Shown one piece after another: positions 62,002 through 64,000 of a stretch of 64,000 nt of DNA. This stretch comes from Saccostrea echinata (Eukaryota). Numbering within the stretch: position 1 is the stretch's first letter; each line of letters opens with the position of its first letter. Both the position numbers and the translations under genes were made by a program. The notes beneath the pieces were generated by a model. That model had not been told where the DNA came from, ran no database searches, and saw nothing but the letters and a program-made list of their open reading frames with translations. The stretch spans positions 5,394,001 to 5,458,000 of the forward strand of contig NW_026889794.1 of the NCBI RefSeq assembly GCF_033153115.1, in the 5' to 3' direction.

Positions 62002-64000
62002 TAATCTATCTTTAGATAGCGGGAATATTCATAACGCAGTTGTTCAACTGATTTATTATTAACAGTGTATTTTCCGACAATGTGTGAACGTAGCGACTTT
62101 TACCAATTATAGGCTTGAGTTTCTCGGACGTTTTGTCAGAACATGTATTTATACTAGCTTAACCAGATGACACGATCTTATAATCTTGACCGTGACGGTC
62201 AATAAAACATTTTTCTTGCCAAATCAGTTGCCTTTGCATGGCATTTGCGATGAAAAAGTATTTTCTTTGACAGGATTAAAAGATATTTTTGTTGCTTATT
62301 ATTCAAGAGAATTCCGTCAATATTAGGTAAGATATGATGCTAGTACATCTTTTCACAGAAGATAACTGCTTTGATTAATTAAAGATTAATATAGTACTGT
62401 GTAATTTGCAATCTTTATCGTGGCTGCCATAGTCTTACTAAGAAATTTCCTGTACAACTTTTTAGATCCTTCAGTAAGTTGGAGCTAGTGTGAATAGAAT
62501 AAAATTGTTGTGTACGGAGATTTCAGAATTCAAGATCATCATATTTCAAAATCTAATCAATCATATGGGAAACGATATTTTTAAAAAAGGATGCTGTGAA
62601 ATCAATTTGGTAAAACAAATGTTCGTTATTAAGCCATTAATTGAAATCTCACCTGTAAACATGCAGCAGTGATAATTTTTTGTTCTATTACACAAAATGT
62701 TTACACGAAATCACAAATACTAAGGCAATAGATCAGTCTTGAATTTCTTGTCTTGAACTCGTACGTAAAATAACAATTTATTGTAGAGTGAATACATAAC
62801 TTCATGGCGGATTCCACTCCGTCAGGATTAGAGCATCTAATTCAAAAATTTTTAATATAGTTTCAACTAAATTAAATAAAAACTTGTAGTGGAAACGACC
62901 AAAAATTGTGTTATGGTTAATTGTCTACAAATTGTAAAAGACTTACTAGGTTTGTAAAAGTCTTCACTTCTTATTCATCCCTTGAGAGTTTGATCCTCTG
63001 CGTCCAAAATGCCCGCGCAATATATCGAAACGGGTGAAATAAAACGTGGTAGGGATTCTGAAATAACACATCTGCCGTTGGGATAGTAAGTTGATACTTT
63101 TTGCTTTTTTTTTTATCCCAAACAAGTGCTAAATGATAATGTTAGATTAAAAACTAAAAGATAATCTGCATGGAATGTGGTCTAAACGCTGAGGTTAACC
63201 TTGCCTCTTCGGACATACAGACGGGTGGACAGCGAGACAGACAGATGGACAGGGTGATTTCAGTGTACCCTCCCATACAAATCTATTGCTATGTGACTGA
63301 AAGGAATTCTTTCAATGAACCTTGATTCAAGACGCTTTGAATATTGAGTACATCCCAAGCAATTAGGAAGGTAATAAATATCTCCACATGGCAAAATAAA
63401 AAAAAGTTATAATATAAAATAATAATAATAATAATGAAAAATAATGAAAGCGTTTACCTTTTGTCAGTTGCAGACCATTAATGAAGTCGTAAATTCATGA
63501 ACATTTGACTCTCCTAGAGTGAATATGCTGATCACAGAATAACTAAAAAATAACAAAACATAACGTTTAATTAATTACAATAAATAATCAATTAAATATA
63601 AATTGATGAACAAGGCATTAATTTCACTCTTTTGATAAAGTAGATACATGTATACTACACCAACAATAAGACAATTTGATCCAAAATTCACAAAAGCGAT
63701 ATCTATTATCTACACATAATTGTTTATGATTGATTTGATCAAATCCTATGCAAGTTTAGTAAATATTTTTAGATTGTCTTCTCTTCTACTTACTGGTTTT
63801 TTTGTTGTATGTGTAAAATCTCGATCAGGCTTTTGTCCTCTTTAACCACTCTTTTTGCTTCTGTGCAGGTAAAATGTTGCACCACTGCTCTTGTGCATTT
63901 CCATGAAATAAAATGCATGCGCAGTATGTTTCGTGATGAAAAGACACTGAAGGCTTTAAATATCGTGCGAATGGTTTGCCACAACGTATTTTCTTATAAA

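Noticed and set aside
63787-64000. Possible minus-strand exon at the window edge (GTAAGT donor at 63787-63792)
   Set aside because: No recognisable protein motif and no compatible downstream exon, so it cannot be supported from this window.

Overview
AT-rich, intron-containing eukaryotic DNA. The gene and repeat content points to a bivalve, probably an oyster (inference). There are three protein-coding loci. (1) An intronless sperm protamine-like histone H1 (PL-I type) gene on the minus strand, with a histone 3' stem-loop. (2) A two-exon GH63 mannosyl-oligosaccharide glucosidase (MOGS)-like gene with an in-frame TAA and an altered WDEGFH motif. (3) A ~29-kb, ~50-exon minus-strand gene for a very large secreted protein: signal peptide, EMI-like domain, EGF-like modules, at least 11 D-x-[TS]-P-P-linked FN3/Ig-like repeats and a CBM-like jelly roll. 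The rest is dense with mobile elements: Penelope-like RT copies sharing a structured 3' motif, tRNA-derived SINEs, hAT-, Tc1/pogo- and CMC-like MITEs, perfect hairpins, Helentron-type satellite carriers, and a 7.6-kb Ginger-like element that splits a SINE and holds nested insertions. Everything was read by eye, and no database search or folding program was run.
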